A DNA stretch of 63,622 bases, counting the filler, from Craspedostauros australis (Eukaryota), in the NCBI GenBank assembly GCA_030167865.1. It is 12 parts of 12 records of this genome, joined end to end, with 100 filler letters (N's around TTAATTAATTAA, not from the genome) between each part and the next. Parts side by side here need not be neighbours in the genome. Positions count along the whole stretch, not along the records: positions 20,387 to 25,229 come from JALAGF010005265.1; positions 25,330 to 28,097 come from JALAGF010005266.1; positions 28,198 to 35,229 come from JALAGF010005267.1; 9 more parts are not named here. The stretch is one strand, 5' to 3'. The number at the start of each line of letters is the position of its first letter. Within the stretch, counting starts at the first letter, position 1. Position numbers and translations under genes: made by a program. Below are positions 23,635 to 35,329 of this stretch, one piece after another. The notes beneath the pieces were generated by a model. The model was not told the origin of the DNA, searched no databases, and saw only the letters and a list, made by a program, of their open reading frames with translations.

Positions 23635-23964
23635 TGTGCGGAACAAAACCAAATCAGATACTGCGCTCGCGAATTGTGGACTGCTTTGTGCCTGTCGACA
23701 CACATTCCCCAGAAGAATCGGTTCTGGGACACCCGGCAAGTGCATCGAATACTTCAGTTTACGACTAGTACGACTCGAAAGTGCTTTTTGTCATTTGTTG
23801 TGTTTCTTCGTTGTTTGTGAGATGTTGACAAAGCAAATGTCGCAGCGACGTCTTGGTTTGATTTATTGATATTTATTGTTTATCAATCGGTGGTACTCGG
23901 ACATATTCAGTCATTGCTTCCGTGTTGTTGAAGCGTCATCGAGTCCCGTCGAACCTGCTTCCTT

Positions 23965-24160
23965 TTGCAAAAAATGCATTTGCAGTGCATTTAATGCATT
24001 TGGGGTTCAAAAAATGCAATTGAAGTGCATTAAATGCAATTGGAGTGCATTAAATGCAAATGGAGTGCATTAAATGCATTTGTAGTGCATTAAATGCAAT
24101 TGGAGTGCATTAAATGCATTTGGAGTGGAAAAAATGCATTTGAAGTGCATTAAATGCACT
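23965..24160. repeat. 20-bp-period tandem repeat with near-palindromic core TGCATTAAATGCA
   Basis: About 9 units such as GTGCATTAAATGCAATTGGA. Confidence 0.85.
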
Positions 24161-25329
24161 TCATCGGTTTGGCTGTCCACAATTCGTGAATGGATCCTCC
24201 TGGCGTCGACTTGCCACATCCAACCACTGGGTGCGAAAGTGGTGGTTGCATGAGGCAGACGTACTGTTTGCGAACGGAAGGTGGTCGTGGTGAGCAAGAA
24301 CAATTCTCCTGCTGCCAATTCAGTGGTTCTTGTAAGCCCCATGCTGGGTACCATCGTGTTTTCTGTAAGCCCCATGCTGGGTACCATCATGTTTTCCTGA
24401 AGATAACTAATCGGAAAACACTACTTTCTTATCCGTCCATGTACCGTGTTGTTGAATAGGGTTAGACATATTTAGCTAGCGTCTACGACACAAATACTGG
24501 CTGGCTTGTCCTCAACACGGACAAAAAACATGACATCATCAACGGTCGATGACAGACCGCAACTGTATTCAATGGTGTGGATGGTGATGTTGTGACAGGT
24601 CCAGTGCCATGTCGGTTGCTCACGCTGTTGGCGATTTGGCTCCTTTGGGTGTTTCCTCCTGCCGGTTTTGTGTCAAGCAGCAAAGCATTGGTGGTGCCAT
24701 CCCTACATGTCGGCCACACCAGCCACACGTATGAATGCTACACAACATAATGTTATGTAATGTAATAGAGTGCAGTGACTTATCCTTTGCTATGCACAAC
24801 AAAATACAATACTAAATAATACTTGGCTAGTTTGTGAATGTTCTACAAAGTCCTGTGCAATCTGCTTTGTTCCCCTTGGACATGGGACACCATGATCATC
24901 TGCTGAGCTGTTGACATGGTGCAGAAAGAGACTGGTGACAGTAGTGTTGTTATCCTTGTTGTTTCTTGCATCGTGATTCAAGTGCTTGCGGATGCAATAC
25001 AACCAAAACAAGAAGTAAAGAGGGGGAGCAGATGAGCAACAGTCAGAAGCCAATGATGGCCATTGGCGACGACGAGCAGAGAGGAGGTCCAAACACACAG
25101 GCAGGGAATAGACCTGAAACAAGGACGAGGCTGTACTATAGAGTAGGTGTTAGAACGTAATCGTAGATGGGTTTGAAGATACCGCACCGAGAACGTAGAG
25201 TGATCAAGTCGTTGTTGTTGGTGAGGAGANNNNNNNNNNNNNNNNNNNNNNNNNNNNNNNNNNNNNNNNNNNNTTAATTAATTAANNNNNNNNNNNNNNN
25301 NNNNNNNNNNNNNNNNNNNNNNNNNNNNN

Positions 25330-28097
25330 GTCAGAGCAGGAGGCGAAGATCCGATGACCGAAGGACATCAGCATCATGGATACAGAAGGTGAACTTCAAA
25401 TGGCGAGTACTCACGGAGTAGGAGCCAGTACTGAATGAACGGAGTGTCAAATATGGAGTACGTATCGAACACGGAATATCGTGCGCGACGAGCACACGAT
25501 GTTGAGAGAGAGAGAGAATACAGAGAGGAGCGAGAGAGCATCTCGCGTACCGACTCATAGNNNNNNNNNNNNNNNNNNNNNNNNNNNNNNNNNNNNNNNN
25601 NNNNNNNNNNGAGAGAATACAGAGAGGAGCGAGAGAGCATCTCGCGTACCGACTCATAGTCGGAGACTGAATCTACAAAACAGATTGAAGCACCAAGAGC
25701 ATCGGGCAAGAGAACGGCGTATACCGAGAGGATCGGAGTAGCCAACTAATGAAATAGCAAACAGACGACTATCAACCAACACCATCTTCCACGATCGTAG
25801 GTTACCGTGAGCGGAACTTGCCAACACGTTTATAAACGATAGATCAGGGCGAGCCTGTGGATCGGATCGTGCGAGGAAGACGAACATCATTCAAGAGCAG
25901 CAGGCTGAATGAGCGAGGAAGAGGAATTGAGAGACATCCCTCTGTCCAACCCGACTATCAAGCAAGAAGAAGGTGCGAGTGAGACTCCACCATGAGAAGA
26001 GAAGGAAGTAGCAGCGGCTACTGTCCTATCAGGCGAAGACGCAAGCGCCATCGACGAGACCGAAGAGGAACAGTCTGCAAGGCAACATCGCGAGAAGGAG
26101 AGGATTCTCAAGGCGATCAAGCAAGAGGAGACTGGTGTGACGAAGAGCATTCGCACAGCCAAACGAAGTGGGAAAAGTGAGACACCACCAGGAGGAGAAT
26201 TTGTGACGAAAACAATCTCCGCGCAACAACAGGCGAAAACCGAAAAAGTGACAACACAGAAACAAACGGAAATCAAGGGCGCGAGCGCACCAACAACGCA
26301 ACAACGAATCAACATGGCGACATCAGCCAACATGAACAAGCGACGCATCAAGGCGCCGATGTTCAACGGTGAACAGGAAGACTATAGCGCATGGGAGTCC
26401 CAAGCGAAGGCATACGCTTGTGCACAGAAGACGAGAGACGTGATGTTGGGCAAGACCAAGGTGCCAACAGTGAACGAGATCGCGGCAGCCGCCGGTGAAG
26501 CCAAGGAAGCGATGGAAGAGATCTACGAGCTGGGATGTGATTGCTTCAGCGATCTGATCCTCATGATGGATGCAGAGAAAGGAAAAGGCAAGCAGGCCAT
26601 CCAATACATCAACCAATGCATCTCTGACGACTACCCCGAAGGAGACGCACACGCAGCGTGGAACGTTCTCGCGGAGAAGTTTCGACCATCCGACGCGGCG
26701 ACAAAGATCAAACTCAAGCGCCAATTCAACAACGAAAAGATGAAGAGAGACTCGGACCCAGACATCTACATCACATGACTCGAGGGTCTACGCTCGCGTC
26801 TTCACGATGTCAAGTACGAGATCACAGACGAGGAAATGATCATGCAAATCCTCAGCACGGTGAGCAACGAGTACAGTACACACATCGTGAACTTCCAACA
26901 TCAACTCACGTACAATCCGGAACTGATTACCATCAACACGATCAGAGGAGTACTCTGCACTGCATACGCCACTCACAAAGGAGGCAAAGCGTACGTCGAC
27001 GACTTCCAAGACAGCAACACGAAGAGCAACGACACTGGCTTCACGAGCACCAGTAACTTCAAGGGTACTTGCCACAACTGTGGCGTGTATGGTCATAGAT
27101 CCGCCGATTGTCCAGAACGCAAGAAATCGAACAACAAGAAAAACAACAACAACAAGATGAACGGAAAGCGCAACAACAATCGCAACAACAACCGCAACAA
27201 GGGAAGCGGCTTCAACGGGAAGTGCAACTACTGTGGCATCTTCGGACATCGCGAGGCGGAGTGCCAAAAGAAGAAGTTCAACGAGAAGAAGAAGAACAAC
27301 GAACAAGCCAACGCGGCAACGGAAGGACACGACAAGAGCGGGCACGAGATGGTACTCTTGGCGAAAGACATGCTGCTCTGCATGTTGGTGTCCGACGACT
27401 ACATTGAAGACTCCTTCTTCGATAACTTCGAATACGTCGGAAGTGACGACGAAGTACAGGACGATGAGATCGTTCCTGAGTGGCTCAGTGAGGAGCCAAT
27501 CATCCACGAGGTGGATCCAAGACGCGAAGTGAGCTACAAATGCTGCTTCAACGCGCACGACCTGATCGGTCCATACGGCGACGGAGCTGAGATGGGCAGC
27601 GAGGCCAACGATAGCGACATCGAAGAGGCAATGAGCGAAGACAACGAGGACGCCGACGAGAACGGCTCAGACAAAGACGCCGACGAGGACAGCGCAGATG
27701 GAGACGACGACGACACCATCAGAGACGGGGCGAACCGCGCCGAGGCGCCGCCTCCCCCAGCAATGCGAAACGAGAGAACGGGCATCTTCGATGAAGAGGA
27801 CAGCGACGAAGCTGAGGACCGTCCAAGCGATACGTTCAATCCGTATGAACACGTCGTCTATCCAATCCGAATCCAATTCCCACCGGAACCAAATCCCAGA
27901 AGAGTCGACGACATCTACCGACTCCAGACCTTCCCGGAACCAACGGTCACTGCAAAACGAATGCAGAAGCAGCTCATCTACGATGCGGTTCTAACAGCTG
28001 CATTACCAATGTTCCCAGGGTTCGTGAACGAACCACTGCGATACATTTGGGTGAACATGGTAAGCACCATCCTATCCGATAACTTCAAATCAATTGA
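25330..28097 (+). mobile_element. Ty1/copia 5' portion: LTR-B (to 25826) and gag pseudogene (from ATG 25909; in-frame stops at 25993 and 26776)
   Basis: Gag-like APMFNGEQEDYSAW...AWNVLAEKF; two CCHC knuckles CHNCGVYGHRSADC and CNYCGIFGHREAEC. Confidence 0.88.
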
Positions 28098-28197
28098 NNN
28101 NNNNNNNNNNNNNNNNNNNNNNNNNNNNNNNNNNNNNNNNNTTAATTAATTAANNNNNNNNNNNNNNNNNNNNNNNNNNNNNNNNNNNNNNNNNNNN

Positions 28198-31100
28198 CCC
28201 TCCCCTCTTTTCAGTCACGAATCATTCCCGATTCCCATGCTACGGTCCATCTAAGCCAACCAACGCATGTGGGAACTATATTACCCACTCGAGTGAACGA
28301 AGGTGCAGTCGTGCCTGATCGTGACTGAAACTTTAACAAAATAAGTACATATTCGGAATCTACGTAAAATTATGTCGAGGGGTATTTAATTAAAAAATCG
28401 GGAGAGTTGTGGATCAAAAGTTATAGACCTTGCAATAGTTTTGGTCTTCGGCCGTTNNNNNNNNNNNNNNNNNNNNNNNNNNNNNNNNNNNNNNNNNNNN
28501 NNNNNNAGGGGTATTTAATTAAAAAATCGGGAGAGTTGTGGATCAAAAGTTATAGACCTTGCAATAGTTTTGGTCTTCGGCCGTTGTAGACCTTCTTTAG
28601 ACTTCGCCGGGTATCGCCGAAACTCGCTGATGATGTCACACCTGTTCCTATTTTGAATTATTTGTCGCTTGCGATCTGGTTCTGACACGATTCACAATTT
28701 CCCACGTCACATTTTCCTTCAATGTTTCCGCACTTTCGACTGTTTGTTTTGCCGCATGTNGATGCAAATCATCGTGGGTTTGCTCCAAATTCTCGTCTTC
28801 CTTGGCTTTGCACCGTCCAAATTCTTCTTCGTCACAACCAGAATCATGCAGCGTTGGTTGTGCACTGGTGCTCGCAGCCACACTTACCATTGTGCACTCC
28901 ATTGTTTCAGCGGTTTTTGACTTCTTTTCTTGTTCTTTTTTGAACTTGAGATAGTCCGTGATGAGGTATGCTTCTACTCTCAGTGGTGATACGTGTAGTT
29001 GAACGTACCAGTCTGTTTTCACCCGTTCCATCGCCATCAGTTGTCGGTGTGCGTCGTACTCCGACATTCTGTTCCTCGAGTCATGGCAAGCAAGTGCGCA
29101 GATTTTGTTCAGCTCTGCCAACACAAAGTCAGGATAGGCTCAAACGATCGAGTCTTCTTTGCGGCGCAACCCGGTGTTGCAACAGGAGGAAGATCCATAG
29201 CAGCAGTTGTATCCTTCCACATCGCGTCATGATCAGCAGTTTCCATGAGGTTGTTGTGGGGGGCTGTTTTGAATACATTCGCTTCACTCTGTTTCACACT
29301 CTTCTGGGCTTTACGCCTCATCTTTGCCTTTTTGTATCAACTGGTACTGGTTGGCGTGACTACTTGTGGTCTTCCTTCACCGTCGCGCCAAGTTCGTGCA
29401 CAACGGAGCACTCCCAAGCCTCTTCCTCCTCCATTTTGGCATTGGTGACATTCGAAGCTTCAATTAACCAAGCTTTCTCATCCTCGTATTGAATCTCGTG
29501 AGTGTTGGGAACACCAAGCATGTTTGCAGACCATTGAGTTCTTGGGCTCGTACAGTGAGTCAGCCACTTGCCCTTCAATAGGGAAGCGTCAACCAGCAAC
29601 ATTGTGGTGCCTTTGATGTCTCCAAATTGCAGGGCTTTCAAGATAATCGCCATCCCTTCCGTCGCCATCGCCATTACCTGTTGCCTTGTCACCATTGCCA
29701 TCCCTGCTGTCAAAGTGCACAAGAAACCACTGAAGACGTATTGGCCCGTTGGTGTGTGCCCTGGTCGGAGCTCTTGTTCTTTTATTGTGAGTTGTCCGAA
29801 GACAATCCCCTGACCAGTATTTTGACTAATATGATTAGTAGAGAGGTGAAAGGTACAGAGAAAGCTGTCACGCCCATTGATCTCAAGGTGGACCCCTGTA
29901 GAACAGGGTTGTGGCAAGAAGTGTTAGTGTTGGCCTCACCAATGCCTTGGTGAGCATGTCAGCGAAGTTCTGAGCTGATGGGACGTGGATTGGAACCAGT
30001 GTCCCAGCTCCCACAGCCTCACGGACTCAGTGAAATGATATTGCCACATGCTTCTTTTGCAATAGGCTGTCTGCGATCGTCGTTTTCGAGATCACCACAT
30101 TGTTGTCGCAGAATGTGACCGTCGGTGATTGGACGTGGACTCCCAGCGATCGGAGTGCGTATCGGAGTGCAATGATTTCTTCCGTCACTGATCGCATCGC
30201 GTTGAATTCTGCTCCGTATGTAGACATTGTGACTGATGTCTGCCGCTTGTTCGAGAAGTACACAGGCGTCCTGCCAAGGAAAAGGATGATCCCGGTGTTT
30301 GATCGGCGTGTGACAAAATCGTGCGCATGGTCAGCATTGACGAATGCATACATCGGCAGCTCCGGATAGATTGGCTTTGGTGACCGGTCGTCGACGTCCT
30401 CCTGTGCCTCAGGGTATTCTTCCTTCATTTGCACCACCAATTCTGGGTTGGACGGCGTCGAGTTGAAGTTGTCGAATATCAATGGTTTGGAGTCAATTTG
30501 TGTTCTGAGGGTGGACATACTCTTGAGATAGCCCCATATCTTGAGAGCTCTAGCTAGATGTCCTTTCCGTGGTGTTGCAGTGAATTGAGAGAGTGAAGAA
30601 GTTGCAAAGGCGACGTCGAACCGTCCAAGTTGAATGACCCAGTTCAGCATGCCGATGAGCTGCTGGAAATGTTGGTGTTCATCTGGTGTGCGTAGTTCGG
30701 AGTCATCCGTTTCTGGATGGTCCTTGTCCCACATGGGAACATGCTGGTCATGGAGTGTTCCATGCTGCCGTTCGATGTTCTCCATCACGTTTGCGATGTA
30801 TTTGTCACATCCAACGCTCCATTTGTCTTTCACATTCCTGGAATCATCGTTGCCCAGATAGTATTTGGGTGGTCCAATGTCTTTGATGGTGTAGACTTGC
30901 TGGATGACCTTCATGTATTGGTCCGGTTCTTTTGCCACGATCTTGAATTCATCAACATGCATGCATATGTAGTCATACCCAGTGTCGCCCCCTCCATTTG
31001 ATCCATACGTCCTGGTCATGCCATGATGGAGAGAACCCCATGGATGAGAGTGTATTTGCGAAGTGAGCATGGAATCTTTGCGTGCTCGATCGGAGTCCAT

Positions 31101-34100
31101 ACAACGCCTTCCTGAGTACGATTGTCTGACCCTCTCTGAAATCAAACTATTTTCCTGCCCTCGCGTACATCTTCTCGTTGATGTAGGCATTGACGAATGC
31201 ATTCCCCACGTCGCCATAGAGTTGCTTCAGCTTGTTTGCGTCCATGATGACATCGAGTATCCGTACACTGGTTGATTTGACGGTTGATGAGTATACTCTG
31301 ATATTGTCAGCGAGTTCAATGAGGTGACCACCAGCTACCAGCCGCCCCTTGCGCCGCAGATCCTGTTTCACAGCAAAGATGAGCCAGAGCTTGGTGCTCT
31401 GGTAGTACAATGAAGGTCGGTGAGTGGATGGATGGAATTCAAAGCAATCGAGGTCAATCAGAGCGTCGATCTCTGTCTTTGCTGCGTCCTTCCACAATGT
31501 GTTGCCATTGGCTTCGTCAAGTTGGAGTGCGTGTCGCATGTTGCGTGGCACTTCTACACTGTATTGGAATACTGTAGCGAAGAAGTCCTTGTTCGGCTTC
31601 TTCTTTCCTGGTCGTATGCGCCTCAGGATGGCGATACTGTCGTTGTTGTCGACTGTGAAGGTGTGCGTGCGCTCGATTCGTCGCATGCGTCTGTGTATCG
31701 CGCGAACAGCGTGCTTTGCCCGTTTTAGTATTGTCGTTGACTGTCGATTGTGCCTGTCGTGCCGTTTTGGCTCGTTGGTGATGATGTATCGCGCCACGAG
31801 CTCGGGATGGTCTGCCCTCAGGATGTTGTATCGGAACCATTGAGTTTCATCATTGTCCCATTTCACATTGAGATGGAGATGTCCGTCTTGGAATGAGTGG
31901 CCTGCGATGGATGTAATTGCTGGTTCGTTCGTATCGTCTTTTGTGATCTGATTTTGGAACATCTAATCATGCTCGCTCAGCCAGAGTGTCGATACGCTCC
32001 TGAATCCGCTACTGGGGAGGATCTGGAATCCTCGCTGCTTCATAGTCATCGGAATCTCTCGAGATGTCCACAGTTGAGAGCTTGTCTTCCCCTTTGCCAT
32101 TGGATATCATGCTCATAGGCCCGCTGTTATGGTTGTTGTTGTCGTCAATGATGACATTCTGCTGACCGAACCATCAGTCGTCATGCGGAATAGCATTTTC
32201 ATTGACCACGACGCCCCTGGTCTCCAGCGGTCCCTCCTCAGGAATGCGAGCAGCCGCCCCCGACCGCACGGGAATCACGTCGATGGCCTCACGGACCTGT
32301 CAAGCAAGTTGCGCCAGCATCGTCTTGGTTCGCGCTCGTTGCCCCAAGTTGTCTCTGGTAGTAGTGTGTATGAGATCGAGGCGTGCGATGCGCTGAACTT
32401 CCTTGTCGGTGATTTGCGGAGCGCTTGCGTCTTCCGTGATTCGTGGTTCCACAATGTTCCGTGCCAGGGCGGTGCCATTGGTTTCGTCGTCGCCCCGCGG
32501 CAACCATATGTTGTATGTGAAAGGGTCTCCATGGTCCCATGCGATTCCCAGGAAGTAACCTGGTTTGAATGGGTGATGTGGAAACTTGGTCATCGGCTCG
32601 AAATACCAGACCTGTTGAAAGAACGTGAACCTGAACATATAGATGTCCGGAGTGTTCCTGTGGAGCAGTTCAATGGGATTCTTCCATTGGATGCTCTCTT
32701 TCGCCGTGTAGTTTGATACATTGATGGCGTGTTGTACCGTGTAGCACCAGAAGGCAAGCGGTACGGACGCCGCCCAAAGCAATTTGTATGCGTGTCGCTT
32801 GATGTCGCCGATCGCCTGCTCCGCTCGGTTTTGATTCTGATTCATGGAAGCAGTGAAGGAGTGCTCGATCATGTACCGCATCGTCACAGCCTTCCATGCC
32901 TTGACGGCTTGGACCTGTGAGTAGTCCGAGATGAGTAGGTCAGGTGCCCTGACCTGCACAATGAAATCGGTGAGCGCCTCTGGCGCCATCGCCTCTCTGC
33001 TGAGCGGCTTGGCCCAGATGAATTTGGACTCGCTGTGTGCAAAGAGCTGGAAGCACTTGTAGTGTCAAATGGATGGGACCATGGAGAAGAATAGATCGGT
33101 TTCCACTCTTCCCTTGATTTGGTGTGGCCGTAGCGCGCCCGCTCGCTGCGCACGGTACTGCCTCGGGATGGGTCTTGACTCCGCCTCGATGGGAGTATCG
33201 GCCAGCTGCGTCGATGCTGCTTTCATTTTCTCAACCACCTGTTGTGGGAGATGCCGGAAGACCTTGTTGAAGTCAACACTGGTGTGGGATCGCCAAATGC
33301 GTCTGTGTCTGTCGCATATAGTAATATACTTAGTTTGAGTTTGCTCGCGAGCTGTCGGTTTACGAATTGGGATGCGCAGGGTATTGCCGTCGTGATTGGC
33401 CAGCGGGATGCTGATGTCGCCAGACGATATCTGTTGCTGCCTGTTGTATTGTCGAAGCCGATCATAGATGCTGATGTCAGACATGCGCATGTGGTGTGTA
33501 TTGAACAGCAACTGCATCTGCTGTGCATGCTTGTCGAGAGCCACGTAATATGCCTTGATGAGGATCACTCCGCCTTCTGGCGGCTTGTACGCTGCCACTG
33601 CGTCAACCATCGGGAACGTCTCGATTTGCGAGTCCACTGTCGCCACTTGGGGTGGAACTGCTGCTGGTGATTTTGGGCTACCACCCATCCAGACTCATGA
33701 ACAATGTCGCCGTCCGCGCCTGAGTCTAGAATGATATAGCCATGGCTACTATTCGTTACTCTTGCCCGTCGAATCGTGTGCTCTGTATGTGGGTCAGCGC
33801 TTCTTGGACGTGACTCTCGTAGCGTATCCGGAGTCGTATGCCCTGGCCCGCTCTCCGCGGCCTTTTGCGTCAAGTCCACACTGTCTTAGTCCTTGATGCA
33901 TATGGTGACCTCCGACTGCTGGCACGAAGTGCCCATCATTGGTTGTCAGGAGCCATTGTCACATGATCCATACTTCTTGGTTCGATTGGTCTTGTTGCCA
34001 AATCTGGTGCGCTTGTTGGGTTTGCGCTGAGCGTGCTGCTCCTGGGTCTTGGCAAACTCAGCGGGTTTGTTGTGCTTGAATGTCTCCTTGCTGATGAGCT

Positions 34101-35229
34101 CTCCTGTCTCGCGGAAGTAACGCGAGGATTCCACCATGAGCACTTGTGCTGGGGTGAGACGGCTTCTGAATACAATATCTGGAAGTCGGTACATCGACAG
34201 TTTCTTGCAATCCCCGGATGTAGCTTCAAACGGTCGCTTGCGGTCCGTTTGCCCGTCCTTCTGGTGCGCGCGTCGATTGCGCCATGGAGATCTGTCGATC
34301 TCCACGTTGGAGAGGACCTTGTCGTGCTTCATGAGAGTCTCGCGGACCCAATTGAAGGACTCGTCTGTCTCTTGGAGGCGAGAGACCGTACTGGTGAATT
34401 GCTCATCGCGAATGTTGCGGAAGAATCTTGCAATCTTCTGCTTGTCACTCATGGCCTTGCCATTGTCTTTGATTGTCTGAACAGACATGGAGAAGTCATT
34501 GACGAACGCGCTGAACGGTCAAGATCCGTCGTAGACAAGTTTGGACAGTTTGTCTTCCTCTGTTGCCACAATGTCGGCCCTGTTCTCAGTGGATTTGTAT
34601 GTGCGGATGAGGGCCTGGAAGGCTGCATGACCGCTGTCTCTTTCCGCAAGGACCATGTAGTTAGCGTGTCCTTTGCACGTTTTCGATTTGAGCACTGCGT
34701 AGAACTGGGTGTCGACGTCCTCGCAGTAGTGGGCCCGGCGTGTTTCTTGCATGTAGTCTGCGTATCTGGTCGTGACCAGCTGGCGGATGAAGTCAATCTT
34801 CCACTGGTACCATTCGATGTTGAGTCCGCTGAATGGCTCCACCTCTAGCAGCGTGACTTTGTCATACTTCCATCCGGTTGGCGTTGATGGCGATCGGCGT
34901 ACTTCCAGTGGGCGCCTTGGTGAGTGTACCACAACCTTTGTCGGAATGTGTGTACTCGGATGTGTATGCATCAGTCACACTTGCGCGCCATCATCCAGAA
35001 TATTTGGTGGCGGAATCACGACCCAAAACTATGACGTCACAGGAATACCACCGCGATACCACGAGGATACCGCGATACTACGATAGCAGGATACCGCGAT
35101 ACCAGCGGATACCACAGTATCCATCACATGTGACGTCACATCGAAACCTTAACTACCAGGTCTACAGGAATGAAATATGTTGTGAATATTCCATCAGATT
35201 CGATCAATCATCAGGTTCAACAAAACCTG
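28198..35229 (-). mobile_element. Degenerate near-complete Ty1/copia (CoDi-like) retrotransposon: gag (about 34970-33950), protease (about 33740), integrase (about 33150-32300), RT-RNaseH (31960-29883), PPT at 28198
   Basis: ILDSGAD, TDLFFS, NQNRAE, RRKGRLVAGGH, DVGNAFVNA, ADHAHDFVTRRS, STYGAEF, KKHVAISFH and NFADMLTK in copia order (PR-INT-RT-RH); several frameshifts and stops; AAAAGAGGGGAGGG purine tract at the contig end. Confidence 0.93.
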
Positions 35230-35329
35230 NNNNNNNNNNNNNNNNNNNNNNNNNNNNNNNNNNNNNNNNNNNNTTAATTAATTAANNNNNNNNNNNNNNN
35301 NNNNNNNNNNNNNNNNNNNNNNNNNNNNN

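Noticed and set aside
28374..28586. Direct repeats flanking 50-N gaps (also 197-284, 20562-20682, 25514-25660, 41618-41760, 42498-42668, 62668-63166)
   Set aside because: Identical sequence on both sides of gaps indicates unmerged contig overlaps.
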